64,000 nt of DNA from an uncultured archaeon (GCA_964486045.1 CAZALK010000011.1:96001-160000), one strand, 5' to 3'. Counted from the first letter of the stretch, positions 40,901 through 51,136 are shown. Notes: generated from the sequence alone by a model not told the origin. Numbers and translations are program-made.

Positions 40901-42237
40901 AAGAATAGTTTTTCATCAGGGTCTATAGCTGTGTAGAACTGTAAAAATTCATCCTGTTGTGTAAGATTAATTATGGATTGAGATATTCTATAAAATTCAT
41001 CCTTAACAGGATTATTTATATACAGCCAAGAATTTTCTATTAAGGTAGAATCACTCACATTTAGAGCATATGAAAAATTCATACTAAAAACAATGCTATT
41101 CAATAAATTTTTCCATTCAAAAGGGCTCGTGAATTTTATAGTCTTTAAATCATCCCAAGTATAATCTGAGTTTGTTAAGTTGTCAATATCAACTTTAACT
41201 TCTAATTTTATCCTCTGCCTTCCACTACTGCTTATACTTTTAACACGAAATCTATTTTCATCAAAATTTCTAAACGAAGAAATATTTCCTGTTACGTATT
41301 CTCCAATTTTGGTTTGGTTTTTTACCACATCTTCATTAAAATAACCCAAATCAATAAATTGTGGAGATTGAGCAAAAGTTTCCCCCTCACCTATATCATT
41401 TGGATCACTCCCATCTGGATTTAAATAGAGGAATTTTGGACCTCCTCCAGTTCGCCAATCATTTGGGGGCATTTTTATTTTAAATGCATACCAGTATTTT
41501 GTTATTCCGTCAATGAGTGTCCAATTTGTTTTCGATGTATTGAGAAAAATGGGACCTATTCCTGAGTTTTTAAAATCAAACACTTCCCAGTGGGCCACAA
41601 TATCATTGGGGTGAGGTTTTCTTAGCATTCCTAATGTGTCATTTGAGTTAGGCGTGCCAAGGAGGTCATTTGAACAATTCACAATAGATACTTCCCACGA
41701 GTTCTCGTCTGTATAGGAAACGGAATCGATTATGTCTTGAATGAATATGCTTACATTATTCACATATTGATCCGTCTCCACCGCAAATTTCTGATATACA
41801 TATATAGGTTCTGTCTCGGAATAACTCATAATAAATTCTGTTGGTTCGGTTTCAATATTTCTTGTATAATTAATTGCTGTCAAATTTTCAAAAACCATCC
41901 TTGCATGTGTGATATTCCAATTTTGTAAAAACAAATATGGTTGACTGTCTAATCCTGGTTGGTATCTATTAATATAAGAATCACTACTTAAAACCGTTAC
42001 ATTAGTAAAAATTTTTCCATTCCTATCAGAAATTATTCCATCTATTTCATTTTGAGGATTTATAGCCCCAACATTTAAATTCGTAGGCTCTCGCCTCTCA
42101 AAAACATCATTTTTCTCTACAGCTGAAGATTTGTGATAATTAAAAAGAAAAGATATGATTATTATATTAAAAAACATCATAAAAATAACGATAAAAGTTT
42201 TAAAGTTCTTAGTTTTATTCATATTAAAGATCCCCAT
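37924..42237 (-). CDS. Large single-pass surface protein with beta-rich/Ig-like ectodomain and cytoplasmic longin-like domain
   Basis: Signal helix, N/S/T-rich ectodomain with many N-x-S/T sites, TM near aa 1195, then GVSIY..DSDLISGFLQAISAFKSEI. Confidence 0.75.
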   Translation of the reverse strand: MGIFNMNKTKNFKTFIVIFMMFFNIIIISFLFNYHKSSAVEKNDVFERREPTNLNVGAINPQNEIDGIISDRNGKIFTNVTVLSSDSYINRYQPGLDSQPYLFLQNWNITHARMVFENLTAINYTRNIETEPTEFIMSYSETEPIYVYQKFAVETDQYVNNVSIFIQDIIDSVSYTDENSWEVSIVNCSNDLLGTPNSNDTLGMLRKPHPNDIVAHWEVFDFKNSGIGPIFLNTSKTNWTLIDGITKYWYAFKIKMPPNDWRTGGGPKFLYLNPDGSDPNDIGEGETFAQSPQFIDLGYFNEDVVKNQTKIGEYVTGNISSFRNFDENRFRVKSISSSGRQRIKLEVKVDIDNLTNSDYTWDDLKTIKFTSPFEWKNLLNSIVFSMNFSYALNVSDSTLIENSWLYINNPVKDEFYRISQSIINLTQQDEFLQFYTAIDPDEKLFFIQMMNTSAGGNNSLRFMFEYIALGNNDFHNISVNLFNIEVGEIKPITTIQKYDPIVKELHYASNVTVLNGTINTDNDEIVDSLKENDNLFLEVIGNSTSNTTSIDFRFNILQNLDSSLWDVDDPLDWIFRLPNPRIYQIDFRISSNVSISDTTNLTHAMLEIYNGGNFTPFYGIEWPQFSDNKTFADIGEDTKILPFDSYYSWYVMHLLNESEDNSLRVRLRFIGNGTFKGINVSIDEFTLNFHIQNAFSSDIASKIGFGINSSTLKAPQIQLKNFGIGVSDNGLWEMDIYDGFPTQGFYYFNITSLWPEVQFDVSGIYTIENSQNCDWEYLLTQNNPKILWNVSADINYYSYYANIDESRGLQFNIPSEWLILDVYNFSSSPPIVNGGWYWTNQSDNVFKTITLLNISDGLWKIGMNSSMSILNMNYSVTGEIKIDQVMVANASIPLYYGGEVNFEVYSESSSMIFSDYDILNETALENSTSFKWNVLDTTLNIEKYYLKTYWVKSNQTHAFLSIDVAQINVSKWRSNFTYDPLPGTIRFGQEIFLDLDFSCENSSISFEGFPVKFSIKYETLTQPFTRYIDTNYETSLNYTVPDSFSGNLNITIEFEGNYRIDGYSEEFSLDIEERLGVNIQFVETPNIQYLTGVYYFSVKVTDGLGNPLESVELIFKLLGTQNNVIYEVASRSNEEGIASASLILQNLGTGFTIQVSFAQKGIYASAEISSESLRVINEFTQFMEAFTQYLPFIILGIAVISTFITVRYIMKSRKRRIWADDATVLDDLVKISYIMIISKEVGVSIYHKQISFEDIDSDLISGFLQAISAFKSEIKKSTITTVERTGFEMDYIDFKIVITDGSYVRVALVLEGKPSVKLKENQWLFTDHFEKRFAGVLKGFTGDITPFRQSDDLIEKHFNISLLYPLKLGRHYGVIKLKGLEKDLVEMAAEIQKERKTIFISSLLNLSLAARKASRDEIISTIISLREKGLIVPAKLE

Positions 42238-42371
42238 AAATAATAAACATAATTTTCTGAATATTATTTAAACATTATATGATTGATTATCCTTTTAAGA
42301 GTAAGTTTTCTATTATAATAGAAATTGTAAAATAGGACATATTTGAAACAATTCAGTGGACATTTTAATGG

Positions 42372-43610
42372 TTATTCTAATACATCCTTGATAAGCAAAT
42401 CCAATTCTTCTTCTGAGAGAAAATTTTTCTGAGTTATGATTTCTTGTATTTTTTCTATGATCTTTTTTATGGATTGTTCAAAATTTTGATAACCTAACTG
42501 TTTACATTTCGTTTTGATTGCATCTCCATGTAAAGTAGTAGGGCCAAATATTACGTGTTCTTCTTGTCCGACAACTTCAGGCCGGTAGGGAGTAAAACAC
42601 ATCCAAAATTTATCTTTCTCTAACGCACTCATCACATGAAGTTCACTCTCGTGTAAAAAAGTATTTCTACCAACAACTGGTTTGTTATAGGGCAATGGAA
42701 CCCCAGATAATTTCTCGATAAATTTACTTAGATTATATAGTTTAGAAAGGTCAATACCAGTATCTATTCCGTAAAGCATTTCTAAGGCAACAACAACTTC
42801 CTCTAATGACGAATTACCTGCTCTGTCTCCAAGTTTATTCACAACAAGATCCATAAAAGTTGCACCTTGTTCAACAGCTGCTATTGTTGAAGCTATTCCT
42901 AAACTAAAATCATCATGGACATGAATACCTACAGGAATGTCCTTGATAACAGGTTTGAGTTGGTGATACAGATAAGAAATTGCTGAAATGTTACACGCAC
43001 CAACGGTATCATACAACATCACCATTTTAACCCCATTTTCTATTCCTTGCTCTATAGCTTTTATTAAGGTTGAAAGATTAGATCTCGTAGCGTCAACACA
43101 ATCTAATATAGCATTAGCACCTAATTTCTTGATCCTTTTTAAAATAGAGGGTATAATCGAAATCATAACATCTGGAGTAATCTTATTATCGTGAGTAAAT
43201 AATTGAAGTTGCCAATCTGTCAAGACAACCCCAAATCCTATATAATCAATTTTTGCTTCCAACGATTTTTCAATCTCTGTAATCCATCTTGAAGGATTTG
43301 AGCTTAAATGCGAATAAGTTTGTAATTTTATTCCCAATTCTTTAATTTGGTTAGCCAAATCCCATTGATCTTTGACTTGTCCAATATAGCTACAGTCTAT
43401 ATGCCCTACTCCTATATCTTCTAATTTTTCTACAATTTTTATCTTCTGATCTAACGTGTAGTAGATACCTGGAGTCTCTTCTCCTTCTCTTATTGTAGAA
43501 TCTCTTACGTAAACCTTTTCTGGAAGATTAAAGGATTTTAATACTTTTTCGCTGTAATTAAAAGGTGAAACCCACCATCTCTTGTTAAACCATTTACTTT
43601 CTTTTGTCAT
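42372..43610 (-). CDS. Homocitrate/isopropylmalate synthase family (DRE-TIM) enzyme lacking the LeuA regulatory domain
   Basis: DSTIREGEETPG, YDTVG, HVHDDFSLG, GDRAGN, KPVVG..FLHES. Confidence 0.85.
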   Translation of the reverse strand: MTKESKWFNKRWWVSPFNYSEKVLKSFNLPEKVYVRDSTIREGEETPGIYYTLDQKIKIVEKLEDIGVGHIDCSYIGQVKDQWDLANQIKELGIKLQTYSHLSSNPSRWITEIEKSLEAKIDYIGFGVVLTDWQLQLFTHDNKITPDVMISIIPSILKRIKKLGANAILDCVDATRSNLSTLIKAIEQGIENGVKMVMLYDTVGACNISAISYLYHQLKPVIKDIPVGIHVHDDFSLGIASTIAAVEQGATFMDLVVNKLGDRAGNSSLEEVVVALEMLYGIDTGIDLSKLYNLSKFIEKLSGVPLPYNKPVVGRNTFLHESELHVMSALEKDKFWMCFTPYRPEVVGQEEHVIFGPTTLHGDAIKTKCKQLGYQNFEQSIKKIIEKIQEIITQKNFLSEEELDLLIKDVLE

Positions 43611-43724
43611 TAAATTCCCTTTTTACATTTAAATCTAATATTAAATAAAAAAATATTAATATTTTTCCATTACTCACTATTATGTAATAAATTTACCTAA
43701 TAAGTACCAAAGAAGTGGATTATT

Positions 43725-44498
43725 ATGTGGTTAATACTACTAGTCTGGCTTGTTGTAATTTTCGTTTCAACAATATTTATTAGCCAATATATCAAAACCC
43801 AAAAGAGAGAAGACGTTGCAATAGCATTTTATGTTTTATTTTTAGCTATGTCTCAGATACTTGCAGCTAAGATTGGAGATTTTAGCATTGGTAGTTTCAC
43901 GATAACAGCGCCCGTTGCTGTTCTTATATTTCCCTTCACATTTCAAATTACAGACATGGTAAATGAAAACTTTGGGCAAAGAGCCACACATAGAATGATA
44001 TTCATCGCTTTCATCACTCAAATATTTATGGCTATTTTTATTTGGTTTAGTGTTGAAATGAATGCTGCTAATTTTTGGGGTTTTGATTGGGGCAGTAATC
44101 CTGTTGAAGCTCAGCAATTTTGGAGTAACTTTCTCGGTTCAACCATACGAATTATTGCAGCTTCTTGGATCTCTTTCTTAATAACTGAAAATTTAGATGC
44201 TTTTTTGTTTGCGAAGATTAAAAAATTAACAAACTCCAAAAATTTATGGATAAGGAATGTGTTTAGTGATATCCCAACTCTAGCTTTAGACAGTCTAATT
44301 TTTGTTAGCATTGCTTTTGGGGGCCTCTTTCCATTAGAAATGTTTTATTCTATAATTTGGGGGCAGATACTAACGAAATGGTTCTTTGGTGTAATTGACA
44401 CTCCTTTTATGTATCTCTCTCGTAGCATTATAGATGGAAAGATTGATTTTTTTGGTAAAATTGCTAGTTTAATCCCTGCTAAAAAAATTTCAGACTAA
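43725..44498 (+). CDS. YhhQ/VUT family 7-deazaguanine (preQ0/queuosine precursor) transporter
   Basis: ILAAK, FPFTFQITDMVNENFG, RIIAASW, LWIRN..S, DSLIF..IAF, DTPF. Confidence 0.88.
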   Translation: MWLILLVWLVVIFVSTIFISQYIKTQKREDVAIAFYVLFLAMSQILAAKIGDFSIGSFTITAPVAVLIFPFTFQITDMVNENFGQRATHRMIFIAFITQIFMAIFIWFSVEMNAANFWGFDWGSNPVEAQQFWSNFLGSTIRIIAASWISFLITENLDAFLFAKIKKLTNSKNLWIRNVFSDIPTLALDSLIFVSIAFGGLFPLEMFYSIIWGQILTKWFFGVIDTPFMYLSRSIIDGKIDFFGKIASLIPAKKISD

Positions 44499-44527
44499 AA
44501 ATTCAAAAAATAAAAATAAAATTTAAT

Positions 44528-45730
44528 TTATATTTGTACTAAGTCATATTCTAATGATCCTAATTTATTTCTAGCTGCAGCATTGAGTGTTATAGTTGGA
44601 TCTACCATTGGGTTCATAGCTTTGAATTTTTCGATTCCTGGTGAAATTGGAATACTCCATGTACCATCAGATTTTAATACAGGAAGACCTGGGGCGTTTG
44701 TTTCAGCATCTACACAAGCCTTATCAATCGCTAGAGGATCAGATGATCCAAAAATTCCCAGATCAGGGACAACCGGCATGCTAGGATTCGCAGCACAATC
44801 ACACATTAATGGAATGTCAAAAGCAAAATTAATATATCTAATATTTTCAGGGCCAAAAGTAATCACGCCAGTAGCCATATCAATAAATCGCTCAACAAAT
44901 TTAGCACCAAGATTCACTGAGGATCTTTTTATAACTCTTTCAACAGGACATGTAGATATACAATTCAAACATCCATAGCAAATGGAATCATCAATTACTG
45001 CTTTTTCACTCTCGATTGTAATTGCATCAACTGGGCAAGATTTAACACAATCTTGTTTACATAATGCAAGATCACATCTTTTATTATTTACTTTTGGTAT
45101 ACTATCAACATGAGCTAGGTATTTACCGTGCTTAGAGACACAACCTATTCCAAGTTGCTTAAATGCTCCTCCAAAACCCGCTAATGGATGCCCCTTAAAA
45201 TGAGAGATAACAACAAGCTTGTTAAACTCAAAAAGACCTGCAGCTACGGGAATTTCATTGAAATGAATTCCATTAATTTCTACGATTTTTCTATCTGTAC
45301 CCTCTTTTCCATCAATAAAATGCAATGGAGCACCCGTTATTGATTCAGTGTATCCATGTAGATGAGCAATCTTTAGATGGTCTTCAGAATTTCTACGATG
45401 CGCTAGAGAAATTGTATATTCCTCATTAATTCCGACATGACTAATATTATTTCCTAATCCTTGAGTTTCAATGAGTGTTGAACTACCTCCTTTAGATTTA
45501 ATAGCTTTAACTACTTCCCGCACATAATCTGGACGTAAATATCTTGTATTATGTGACTCGCCTACATGAACTTTTACTCCCACTTTATCTCCTGAGTTGA
45601 TGTTATCTAAAATTTTATCTAAAACTAAACGAGTTTTCACTAAATTATTTGTTACCATATTTTTAGCATCATTAGGCATAGCCGCCACCTCTATAGGAGA
45701 TGCCCAATATACTTTAGATTTGCTTCCCAT
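44528..45730 (-). CDS. DUF362 domain protein with 4Fe-4S ferredoxin insert
   Basis: KVHVGE, SHFKGH..GFGGAFKQLGIGC, CVKSCP, CYGCLNCISTCP, DPLAIDKA. Confidence 0.88.
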   Translation of the reverse strand: MGSKSKVYWASPIEVAAMPNDAKNMVTNNLVKTRLVLDKILDNINSGDKVGVKVHVGESHNTRYLRPDYVREVVKAIKSKGGSSTLIETQGLGNNISHVGINEEYTISLAHRRNSEDHLKIAHLHGYTESITGAPLHFIDGKEGTDRKIVEINGIHFNEIPVAAGLFEFNKLVVISHFKGHPLAGFGGAFKQLGIGCVSKHGKYLAHVDSIPKVNNKRCDLALCKQDCVKSCPVDAITIESEKAVIDDSICYGCLNCISTCPVERVIKRSSVNLGAKFVERFIDMATGVITFGPENIRYINFAFDIPLMCDCAANPSMPVVPDLGIFGSSDPLAIDKACVDAETNAPGLPVLKSDGTWSIPISPGIEKFKAMNPMVDPTITLNAAARNKLGSLEYDLVQI

Positions 45731-45849
45731 AATTATTTTACACCTTACTATTATTTGTAAATCTTATTAATTAGGAAAAAAGAGTGAATATTAATAAAAG
45801 TCTTTTATAATGATAGCGAAACTAACTTTATTGGTTAATTCAAATTCAG

Positions 45850-46728
45850 CTACATTGTTGTATTGAATTCTTCCTTTGAGAAGCCAAATGATTTTAAGGT
45901 GTTCTCAGCATTAATAATGATATCGTTAATTAAATCTTTAATAGAAACTATTCCAGTTTGAAATCCGATTGCGGGTGAAGGAACACCAGTGCCTCCCAAT
46001 CTCGAATGATAGAGCCTTTTATGATAGTCTTCGGTGAAAATGTCCGTATTTACCCAATTTTCCTTTTTTCCCTCCGAAAACGGACTTTCCTTTGTAGTTA
46101 AAATTGCTGTTCCTAGACAAACAGCATCAGCACCCATTGTTAACGCACCAAGGAAACCACGACCATCCCCTATTCCGCCAGCAGCGATTAATGGGACCTT
46201 CAGTAATCTTCTCCCCATCGTTAAATTAACTAAAGTTGAGTGTTGAAACGGATTCTTATCTCCCGAAGATTCCATGCCCATAAGCGTTATTGCATCTGCT
46301 CCTGCTCTTTCTACAGATAATGCATGCCTTATTAATGGAACCTTGGGAAACCAATAACAACCTGCTTCATGGACTCGTTCGCCAATATATGGAGCTGGAT
46401 AAGATGAGGTAGTAAATATCTTCACCCCAGCATCTATGGCAATCTCAATATATTTTAAATATTCCTCTTTATTTGCTTCGGCCTCCGCACTCCCTCGAGG
46501 ACGACCAACTGTTAAGTTCACACCGAAAGGTTTATCAGTTAATTCTCTCATTTTTTGTAATTCTTTTTTAAATTCATTTGTTTCATAATTAAGAGCTGTA
46601 ACAGTTCCGAAACCTCCTGCGTTTGAAAATGAGGCAGCAAATTCAGTTATTCCATGTCTCCAAAATGCAGCCATTATCAGAGGGTATTTAGTTTTAGTTA
46701 ATTTTGTAATCCTTGTATTCCAAATCAT
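45850..46728 (-). CDS. Nitronate monooxygenase / FabK-like FMN oxidoreductase
   Basis: SNAGGFG, TDKPFGVNL, PLIAAGGIGDGRG, MGADAV. Confidence 0.85.
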   Translation of the reverse strand: MIWNTRITKLTKTKYPLIMAAFWRHGITEFAASFSNAGGFGTVTALNYETNEFKKELQKMRELTDKPFGVNLTVGRPRGSAEAEANKEEYLKYIEIAIDAGVKIFTTSSYPAPYIGERVHEAGCYWFPKVPLIRHALSVERAGADAITLMGMESSGDKNPFQHSTLVNLTMGRRLLKVPLIAAGGIGDGRGFLGALTMGADAVCLGTAILTTKESPFSEGKKENWVNTDIFTEDYHKRLYHSRLGGTGVPSPAIGFQTGIVSIKDLINDIIINAENTLKSFGFSKEEFNTTM

Positions 46729-46829
46729 TAAATTTTTTCACTTTAAGGTATTTTAATATTTCAAAAAGTTGAAATTCTAAAAAACTTAATTATTGAAATT
46801 CATACTCTCTTTTTCTATTAGAATCAACA

Positions 46830-47813
46830 TTAAGCGGTTGAATTTCTTAGGGTAATTATTATTTGCTCCAATTCCCTGTATTGACTTGGATAGAATCGTT
46901 TAAAAATTTTAAGCCAGTCTATACCGATTATTGCTCCTGCGCAAAAACTAAGAAGATAGCCTAAATTTACTATAAATTCATGGGTTAAAATTTCTTTCGG
47001 TAGGAAATCATTACCATAAATAACCATGAGGAATGAAATACTAGTAATAAATAATCCAAATGGAAAAATATTTAATTTACGGAGCCTAAAAAAGTGAAGA
47101 TCATCCTTAGTAATAGAATTGAATGCTGAAGCATCAGAATTTTGCTTAATATTTGACTTTTTGACTTTTTGGAGAAATTTCAACCTAACCAGATCATGGA
47201 AATCTCGAAATGCAAAAAAACTTCCAAAAAAAAGAAAGAAGTATAAAAACAGCATAATTATGGCCAAAAAAACTTTATATTCCTTCCAAAAAATTTCTAA
47301 TAGTATCATGTTAAATCGAATGACATAAAAAAATGAAGCTAATATTAGTAAAATGAGACCTAACAAGCTCTCATGTAAGTGGTACTTTCCAATAAAGTTT
47401 CCCTCAAATTTTTTGGTAATTTTTTTAATATAATGAACGATAAAAAGGATGATGCCTGGGGGAACAATAGCAGTTGATATGAAAAAAATGATTTCTTGAA
47501 AGTTTATTAAATAAGCGGAACCTAACTCAACTTCAAGAGTATTTTGTAAATGAATTACATTCCAGGCAATAATTCCAAAAACTACAAAGAAAAGAAATAC
47601 CTTTCTATAAATGTTGATATTTATCATAAAATTCAGAATTAGCAACAAGAAACTTAGCAAACTAAGTGTAATCCCTCTGCTTATGGTTAATTCCAAAGAA
47701 TTTGGATAATAAATCTTCTTAAACTGAAAATAATTTAAAAAGGAAAAATAAATTAACAGAAAAAAACTAAAAATAACAACTGATTTTACTATTAATTTAA
47801 TGCTTCTTCTCAT
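46830..47813 (-). CDS. Hypothetical multi-pass membrane protein
   Basis: About 8 hydrophobic helices; YHLHES motif. Confidence 0.65.
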   Translation of the reverse strand: MRRSIKLIVKSVVIFSFFLLIYFSFLNYFQFKKIYYPNSLELTISRGITLSLLSFLLLILNFMININIYRKVFLFFVVFGIIAWNVIHLQNTLEVELGSAYLINFQEIIFFISTAIVPPGIILFIVHYIKKITKKFEGNFIGKYHLHESLLGLILLILASFFYVIRFNMILLEIFWKEYKVFLAIIMLFLYFFLFFGSFFAFRDFHDLVRLKFLQKVKKSNIKQNSDASAFNSITKDDLHFFRLRKLNIFPFGLFITSISFLMVIYGNDFLPKEILTHEFIVNLGYLLSFCAGAIIGIDWLKIFKRFYPSQYRELEQIIITLRNSTA

Positions 47814-47973
47814 TAAAATTTATAAAATTAAATACTATTTATAGTGAATTAATTTTAATTTCGAATCTTCAAACTGTACTAATTAAAAAAAAATGTTTAT
47901 AAATTTCTTCTTTATATTAGATATAAATTTGAAAAATTTTGATTTAAATGTAAAAACTACTGAGGTGGATTGA

Positions 47974-48945
47974 ATGTTAATTTTATTTCCTATAATTTTT
48001 GGTCTAATAAGCATTGTAATCTTTGTTTTTATCATAAGGTATATAATAATTACCGTCAGATGTTCTAGATGGCCTGTAGTTATAGGCGAAGTAATCTCTG
48101 CAGAAATGAAGGCAAAGTACAAGAAATTGGCAGAATTCATGGAAGCTGCTCATACTGTAACTTCACTCTACCAACCAGATATAACCTATGAATATCAGAT
48201 TAATGGAGAGAAATTTACTAATAATCGAGTGAGACCAGTTGGCAGGAATGTCTGGAAGAAAACTCCTGTAGTACAACGGGTTTTAAATCTTTATCCTAAG
48301 GGCTCAAATGTACAAATTTTTTATAATCCGGCAAATCCAAGTGATTCAGTATTAGATCCTTATATCCGGTTTTCCCCACTAGCTATCACTATACCAACAG
48401 CCATAATTTTCCTTGGATTGGGATTTTCCTTAAGTGGCAATAATATGCTGTTCGGGTGGGGCACAAATCTCATATCTTATGCATTATATACAGCATCTGT
48501 ACTTATCTTCGTACAAAATATTAGGTATTTAGTAAAAGTGTTGAAGAGTAAGAAATGGCCTTATGTGGAAGGAGAAATAGAAGGGGTGCAGATTTATAGA
48601 AAAGCTTCTAGAAAAGGATCTACTAGAAAAGCATCTTATAATGTTGATATAACCTATACATATTATATTGAAGAACAGAAATACATGAATCATCAAATAA
48701 AACTTGATATCGTCCACGGCGCTCGCACTTTTGTTCCCAAACTCTTTGCGATGATGAAGATGGAGCGTTATGAGGAGGGCAAAAAAGTTAATGTCTACTA
48801 TAATCCGCTGAAACCTTATGAATCCATTTTGAAGCACGGATTAAGGATATTTACATTTATAATTATGATTATTACAGCTGTAGGATTGTTCATTCTTGGA
48901 TTTTTTGCTATTCCAGCCATGATTAATGCTATTACTACAAGCTAA
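47974..48945 (+). CDS. Tandem DUF3592 membrane protein
   Basis: Two repeats of W-P-x-V-x-G..Y-x-Y..G-x-x-V-x-(I/V)-x-Y-N-P-x-x-P-x-x-S-x-L. Confidence 0.85.
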   Translation: MLILFPIIFGLISIVIFVFIIRYIIITVRCSRWPVVIGEVISAEMKAKYKKLAEFMEAAHTVTSLYQPDITYEYQINGEKFTNNRVRPVGRNVWKKTPVVQRVLNLYPKGSNVQIFYNPANPSDSVLDPYIRFSPLAITIPTAIIFLGLGFSLSGNNMLFGWGTNLISYALYTASVLIFVQNIRYLVKVLKSKKWPYVEGEIEGVQIYRKASRKGSTRKASYNVDITYTYYIEEQKYMNHQIKLDIVHGARTFVPKLFAMMKMERYEEGKKVNVYYNPLKPYESILKHGLRIFTFIIMIITAVGLFILGFFAIPAMINAITTS

Positions 48946-49023
48946 ACCGGTATTAATCCAGATGGATCTTGAAAGATTAAAATAATTGCTGATACAAGCT
49001 CAACAGCTAGTTGAAGTTAACTC

Positions 49024-50355
49024 CTATAAAAAATTATCTAGAGTTTTTTGAGTTTTAATATAATTAATTAACTTACTACTCTTTTTCCAGTGTTTAAACT
49101 CTACAATAAAGCCCTCAGTTAATTTATTAATGGCATCATCAAAATTATCTAAAATAGTAGGAGTACTTGTCCACATTGCGTTGTTAACAGTTTCTCTTAT
49201 AACCCAGACACCTAATGGAACAACATAGCCACCGGAAACTTCACGGAATATAAGAACTCTTGCCTGTTTTTTTATCTTATACAAGTATTCACATACCGAT
49301 TTTCTTGCTGCATAGTATGCGCCAGTTATATTACTTGCATAATTCTTTCTCCCACCGTAAAATTCAAAGTCAGTCATTATTTGAGGTTTTAAATTTCGGT
49401 TATTACCATCAAGAGAAACATTCCATAATGTATTTGGGGCCCATACTTCATTCATTTCATAAATAAATTTCCCGGGAAATAACAAAATCTTGAGATGGTT
49501 ATCAAGATAAGTGGCTTCAAAAATCTGATAATCATCAATTTCTGGGAACTTTTTGATTTCTTTAATCAGACCTTTTGAAATTATATCATCAACAGCTGTT
49601 ATCGTCCAACGAGTAGGCACAATTCTACGCTTCTTTTCCTCGCCAAGTAATCCTGCTGAAAATATTCTTTTTATTGTGGATTCAGGTACATGTCCCTTAA
49701 AATAGAGATGTTCTGACACTGCTTCAGCTGCTGTTAAATCTATGTCTGATACACAATAATCAACCTGAGGATGAACTTTTGTATTCTCTGTTATCGTGAT
49801 TTTCTCTGTAATACCAGAAGGTCCTACGGGACTTGCGTGGTTGTCTACCAATATTCTTAAGTTTAATCGATCTAACTTAGCCTCAACATCAACTGGCTGA
49901 GAGGCCATAGATAATTCTTGAGATGACTCTAGTAATCTCTGCGTTTTTATCGAGGGGGTAATCTTTCTTGATTTTTGGCCAATATTGACATTGAGTTTGA
50001 AATTACTCCTCACTAGGCAACTCCTATATTTAATTATATCAACCATAGGTTTACCAAACCACAATTCAGGAGAATCGAGAATATGATAATCTGAAATATT
50101 AAGTCCTGTTTCAAATTCTTGAAAAGGAATTAAGGGTCCTAAATATACATTTGGATAATGAAAGTGTCCTACAAAAAATCCGGGAGGGCTGGCTCCAAAA
50201 ATCTTAACATTTCTTCTCGTCTTATCTAAATCGAAAGTAACCATAGATTTCAAAACTGATTTCTTTAATAAAATAGGACAAGTTTTTTTTCCACATAACA
50301 ACCTCCCTCCTTTACAACGAAGACAAACATTCTTTTCTGTTTGAGGTCTGACCAA
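49024..50355 (-). CDS. nreA: Archaeal DNA repair protein NreA
   Basis: CLRCKGGRLLCGKKTCP, SPPGFFVG, RRIVPTRWTITAVD, PLGVWVIRE, C-terminal PIP box QKTLDNF. Confidence 0.92.
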   Translation of the reverse strand: MVRPQTEKNVCLRCKGGRLLCGKKTCPILLKKSVLKSMVTFDLDKTRRNVKIFGASPPGFFVGHFHYPNVYLGPLIPFQEFETGLNISDYHILDSPELWFGKPMVDIIKYRSCLVRSNFKLNVNIGQKSRKITPSIKTQRLLESSQELSMASQPVDVEAKLDRLNLRILVDNHASPVGPSGITEKITITENTKVHPQVDYCVSDIDLTAAEAVSEHLYFKGHVPESTIKRIFSAGLLGEEKKRRIVPTRWTITAVDDIISKGLIKEIKKFPEIDDYQIFEATYLDNHLKILLFPGKFIYEMNEVWAPNTLWNVSLDGNNRNLKPQIMTDFEFYGGRKNYASNITGAYYAARKSVCEYLYKIKKQARVLIFREVSGGYVVPLGVWVIRETVNNAMWTSTPTILDNFDDAINKLTEGFIVEFKHWKKSSKLINYIKTQKTLDNFL

Positions 50356-50521
50356 TTAACTCTCTCTTGATTCTATTTGTATTGCTCAAAAATAATAAAT
50401 ATCTCCTATTATAAAAAGAAAAGAAGAGTATAAATTTTTAATATTTATATTAAAAGACAAACAATTTCTATTCATGATATAATAATCCTCTAAATTAAAT
50501 TTTAAGGTTGAAAACGACCAA

Positions 50522-50812
50522 ATGCTATTTATAATGTATAAAGCATTAAATGTACTATTTCAGACTATAGAGGCTGGTTCTATATATTTTGTGTACCTTC
50601 GAAAAAATGGGAATCTTGAACGTTCAATGGCAAGGATCGAAATATGGGGTAATCCAAGCCCAACCAATTATTATGCAAAATCTTCACTTTACGTTAACAG
50701 CAATGGGACTGATTACTTCGAAATAAATTGTAAAAATTATGCTGATGGCTTTTTATTTTCAGTTATGGGGTCAAATCTGTATAATCAATTATCGATCGAA
50801 TATGTTTTGTAA
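50522..50812 (+). CDS. Hypothetical protein or remnant
   Basis: 96-aa ORF without a motif, lying between nreA and its remnant. Confidence 0.35.
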   Translation: MLFIMYKALNVLFQTIEAGSIYFVYLRKNGNLERSMARIEIWGNPSPTNYYAKSSLYVNSNGTDYFEINCKNYADGFLFSVMGSNLYNQLSIEYVL

Positions 50813-50871
50813 TAATTGATTTCTTGAAAATAAAAAATATTTTTTATTTTATCTTTAAGAAAAGTTATTTG

Positions 50872-51136
50872 TTAAAATAAAGATGTTCTGACACTGCTTC
50901 AGCTGCGGTTAAATCTATGTCTGATACACAATAATCAACCTGAGGATGAACTTTTGTATTCTCTGTTATAGTGATCCAAAAATCTCAACATTCCTCTTTA
51001 TTTTATCTAACTTAAATGGAACCATCGATTTTAAGACAGATTTCTTTATTAAAATTGGGCAAGTCTTTTTTCCGCAGAGGAGTCTCCCAGACTTGCACTT
51101 CAAACATATATTGGGCTCTGTGGAAGGTCGTACCAA
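50872..51136 (-). pseudogene. Remnant of a second nreA copy (N-terminus plus internal piece)
   Basis: MVRPSTEPNICLKCKSGRLLCGKKTCPIL..IFG joined to a 104-bp copy of nreA 49697-49800 (3 mismatches). Confidence 0.9.

Noticed and set aside
49697-50975. Diversity-generating retroelement TR/VR pair
   Set aside because: The three mismatches are synonymous and not adenine-specific; no reverse transcriptase in the window
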